Shown here one piece after another: positions 62,245 through 64,000 of a stretch of 64,000 nt of DNA; the first letter of the stretch is position 1, and each line of letters begins with the position of its first letter. Position numbers and translations under genes: made by a program. The DNA is from a virus, in IMG/VR virus record IMGVR_UViG_3300019776_000213, positions 15,767-79,766 of that record; one strand, 5' to 3'. Under the pieces are notes generated by a model that saw only the letters and a list, made by a program, of their open reading frames with translations, was not told where the DNA came from and searched no databases.

Positions 62245-62883
62245 ATGATCTATGGCTATGGTAGGGTAAGTACAAATTTACAAACTTCCGAGAATCAGAA
62301 ACTTGATATTGAGAAATCTTTAGGAATGCCTGTAGACTTCTGGTACGAGGATCATGCTACAAGTGGTACTGTGCGAGCTGAAGATCGTTCACAATTCTCT
62401 GAAATGATGTCTAAGCTTACTTCTGGAGATACTGTAGTATTCTCTCGTGTAGATCGAGTAGGGAGACGTGCAAGCAATATTCTTACCACTGTTGAAGATT
62501 TAATCTCAAAAGGTATTATTGTGTACATTCTTCAAATAGGACGTGAACCTTTGAATTCTCCTATGGGTAAGGTTATGCTCGGTATGATGAGCATATTTGC
62601 AGAGCTTGACAGAGATAACATTGTTGAGCGTGTAAACTCAGGACTTCGCAGAGCAAAAGCTGAAGGAGTACGCCTCGGCAGACCAACTGTATGCCCTCAA
62701 GTAATAGAAAAGATGAAAGCTGATAAAAAGAATGGAATGACAAATTTAAACATTTCTAAGAAATACTCTTTAAGCTTAAAATCTGTGGCAAAATATCTTG
62801 ACTTTTCAGAAGATGATATTGTAAAATATAAAGAGCAGTGGAAATCTCACCAAGAGCAAATTAAACGGAATAAGGAGAAATAA
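62245..62883 (+). CDS. small serine recombinase (resolvase/invertase)
   Basis: YGRVST..Q, DRVGR, ERVNSGL..A..GRP, C-terminal HTH. Confidence 0.92.
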   Translation: MIYGYGRVSTNLQTSENQKLDIEKSLGMPVDFWYEDHATSGTVRAEDRSQFSEMMSKLTSGDTVVFSRVDRVGRRASNILTTVEDLISKGIIVYILQIGREPLNSPMGKVMLGMMSIFAELDRDNIVERVNSGLRRAKAEGVRLGRPTVCPQVIEKMKADKKNGMTNLNISKKYSLSLKSVAKYLDFSEDDIVKYKEQWKSHQEQIKRNKEK

Positions 62884-62884
62884 A

Positions 62885-63447
62885 ATGAGTATTGTATGGA
62901 TAGTATATTTTGCAGGAATTGCTAACAAATTTTCAACTATGATTGGAGTGATTGGATGTATTTTACTACTTGCCTCATCAGTTCTTCTTGCAAGTCAGTA
63001 CATTGACGAAAAGAAAACAAAGTGGGGAGCAACCTCTTCATTAGCTATTACATGTTTCATATTATCAGCCCTCATTCCATCAGAACGAACAATTTATATG
63101 ATGTGCGGAGCTTCAATTGCTCAGGATATTGCAAATAATCCTAAGACAATTGCCACAATGGATAAGGTGTATAAGCTGATTGATAGTAAGCTGGATGAGC
63201 AACTTAAAAGTGTTAATAAGGAGGGTAAATAATGATTACAGGAGCATATATTCTAGTGTTATCTTGGAAAGTACTGTTTGTATACTCAAGTACAAGATAC
63301 TTTAATGACACTATTACAGTGGCATATTTTGAAGATAAAGAAGCTTGTCTTAGTGCTGGTAACAAGTTATTAAAAGATATAGCAGCAATAAACATGAAAG
63401 CTACGTGCTTTCCAGCTGCTTCTAAACTTATTAAGGAGGGTAAATGA
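62885..63447 (+). CDS. two membrane/exported proteins
   Basis: TM segments; F.DKEAC.SA..C motif in 63232..63447. Confidence 0.65.
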
Positions 63448-63878
63448 CGATTAAAGAATTTCAAGGTGAATTCAGGTGGCTCAGTAATTTTACTAAGTGT
63501 CATATACATCTCGATGGAAGAGATTTCTGTAGTGTTGAACACGCTTACATGTCAGCAAAAAGTGATGACAACAATTGGAAAGATTTTTGTGAAACTACAG
63601 AATCAGCAGGACTAGTTAAGAAAGCTAGTAGAAATATAGAATTGATAGACAATTGGGATGACATCAAAGTAGAAATAATGAAGGACTGCATCAATCAAAA
63701 GTTTAATCATCCACTTCTAAAAGAGAAATTACTAGCAACAGGAGATCAACACATTCAAGAAGGTAATATGTGGGGAGATAAATTCTGGGGAGTTTGCCTT
63801 AAAACTAATAAAGGTAAGAACATGCTAGGTAAGTTGATAATGGAGAAGAGGGATGAACTAAGAGTAGGGAGTAAATGA
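63444..63878 (+). CDS. NADAR (YbiA/DUF1768) family protein
   Basis: WLSNF, SVEHAYM.AK, KF..L...LLATG, EGN.WGD.FWG, N.LGKLIM. Confidence 0.9.
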   Translation: MTIKEFQGEFRWLSNFTKCHIHLDGRDFCSVEHAYMSAKSDDNNWKDFCETTESAGLVKKASRNIELIDNWDDIKVEIMKDCINQKFNHPLLKEKLLATGDQHIQEGNMWGDKFWGVCLKTNKGKNMLGKLIMEKRDELRVGSK

Positions 63879-64000
63879 TGAGTACAAAAGAGCTATCAAA
63901 AATAGTCTATAAAAACTTTCAAGGCTCTATAGAATGGTGTAGTGAAGATAACTGCTTTTATGGCAAGATTCTGCATATAGAAGACTTGATAACCTATGAA
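63875..64000 (+). CDS. HicB-like protein (truncated by window end)
   Basis: YKNFQGSIEWCSEDNCFYGKIL.I.DLITYE. Confidence 0.7.
   Translation, partial: MMSTKELSKIVYKNFQGSIEWCSEDNCFYGKILHIEDLITYE

Overview
A 64-kb segment of an AT-rich tailed dsDNA phage, most likely a siphovirus of a Gram-negative host (sigma70-type promoters, peptidase M15 endolysin). No integrase, CRISPR array or reverse transcriptase is visible. 0.2-14 kb (+) holds DNA metabolism genes: SSB, 5'-3' exonuclease, HNH nuclease, metallophosphoesterase, MazG-like protein, NrdB/NrdA/glutaredoxin. 14-38.7 kb (-) is a complete late module: TerS, RNA region, TerL, portal, S49 protease, scaffold, decoration protein, lambda-E-type capsid, head-tail proteins, tail tube, frameshifting chaperone, tape measure, tail tip/fibres and lysis. 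38.8-46.2 kb (+) has PhoH, a ClpP-like protease and small paralogues, interrupted by an inverted two-gene cassette. 46.3-59 kb is a mostly leftward pre-early-like region bounded by long non-coding tracts. 59.3-64 kb (+) carries HAD, serine resolvase, NADAR and HicB-like genes. The most notable unexplained items are: (i) a promoter-driven cluster of structured non-coding RNAs around tRNA-Gly (a ~375-nt multi-domain RNA, a half tRNA-Trp, an anti-Shine-Dalgarno hairpin and a GGA-loop RNA); (ii) a dual-start Gly-rich/heptad/Q-N-rich protein with a partner gene; (iii) a phased DnaA-box cluster beside a parS-like palindrome; (iv) a second orphan structured RNA at 56.9 kb; (v) a replicon-like cassette inside an SH3-like paralogue array; (vi) a hidden peptide plus membrane protein pair in the lysis operon. 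All assignments come from motif reading by eye; no database searches or folding programs were run.
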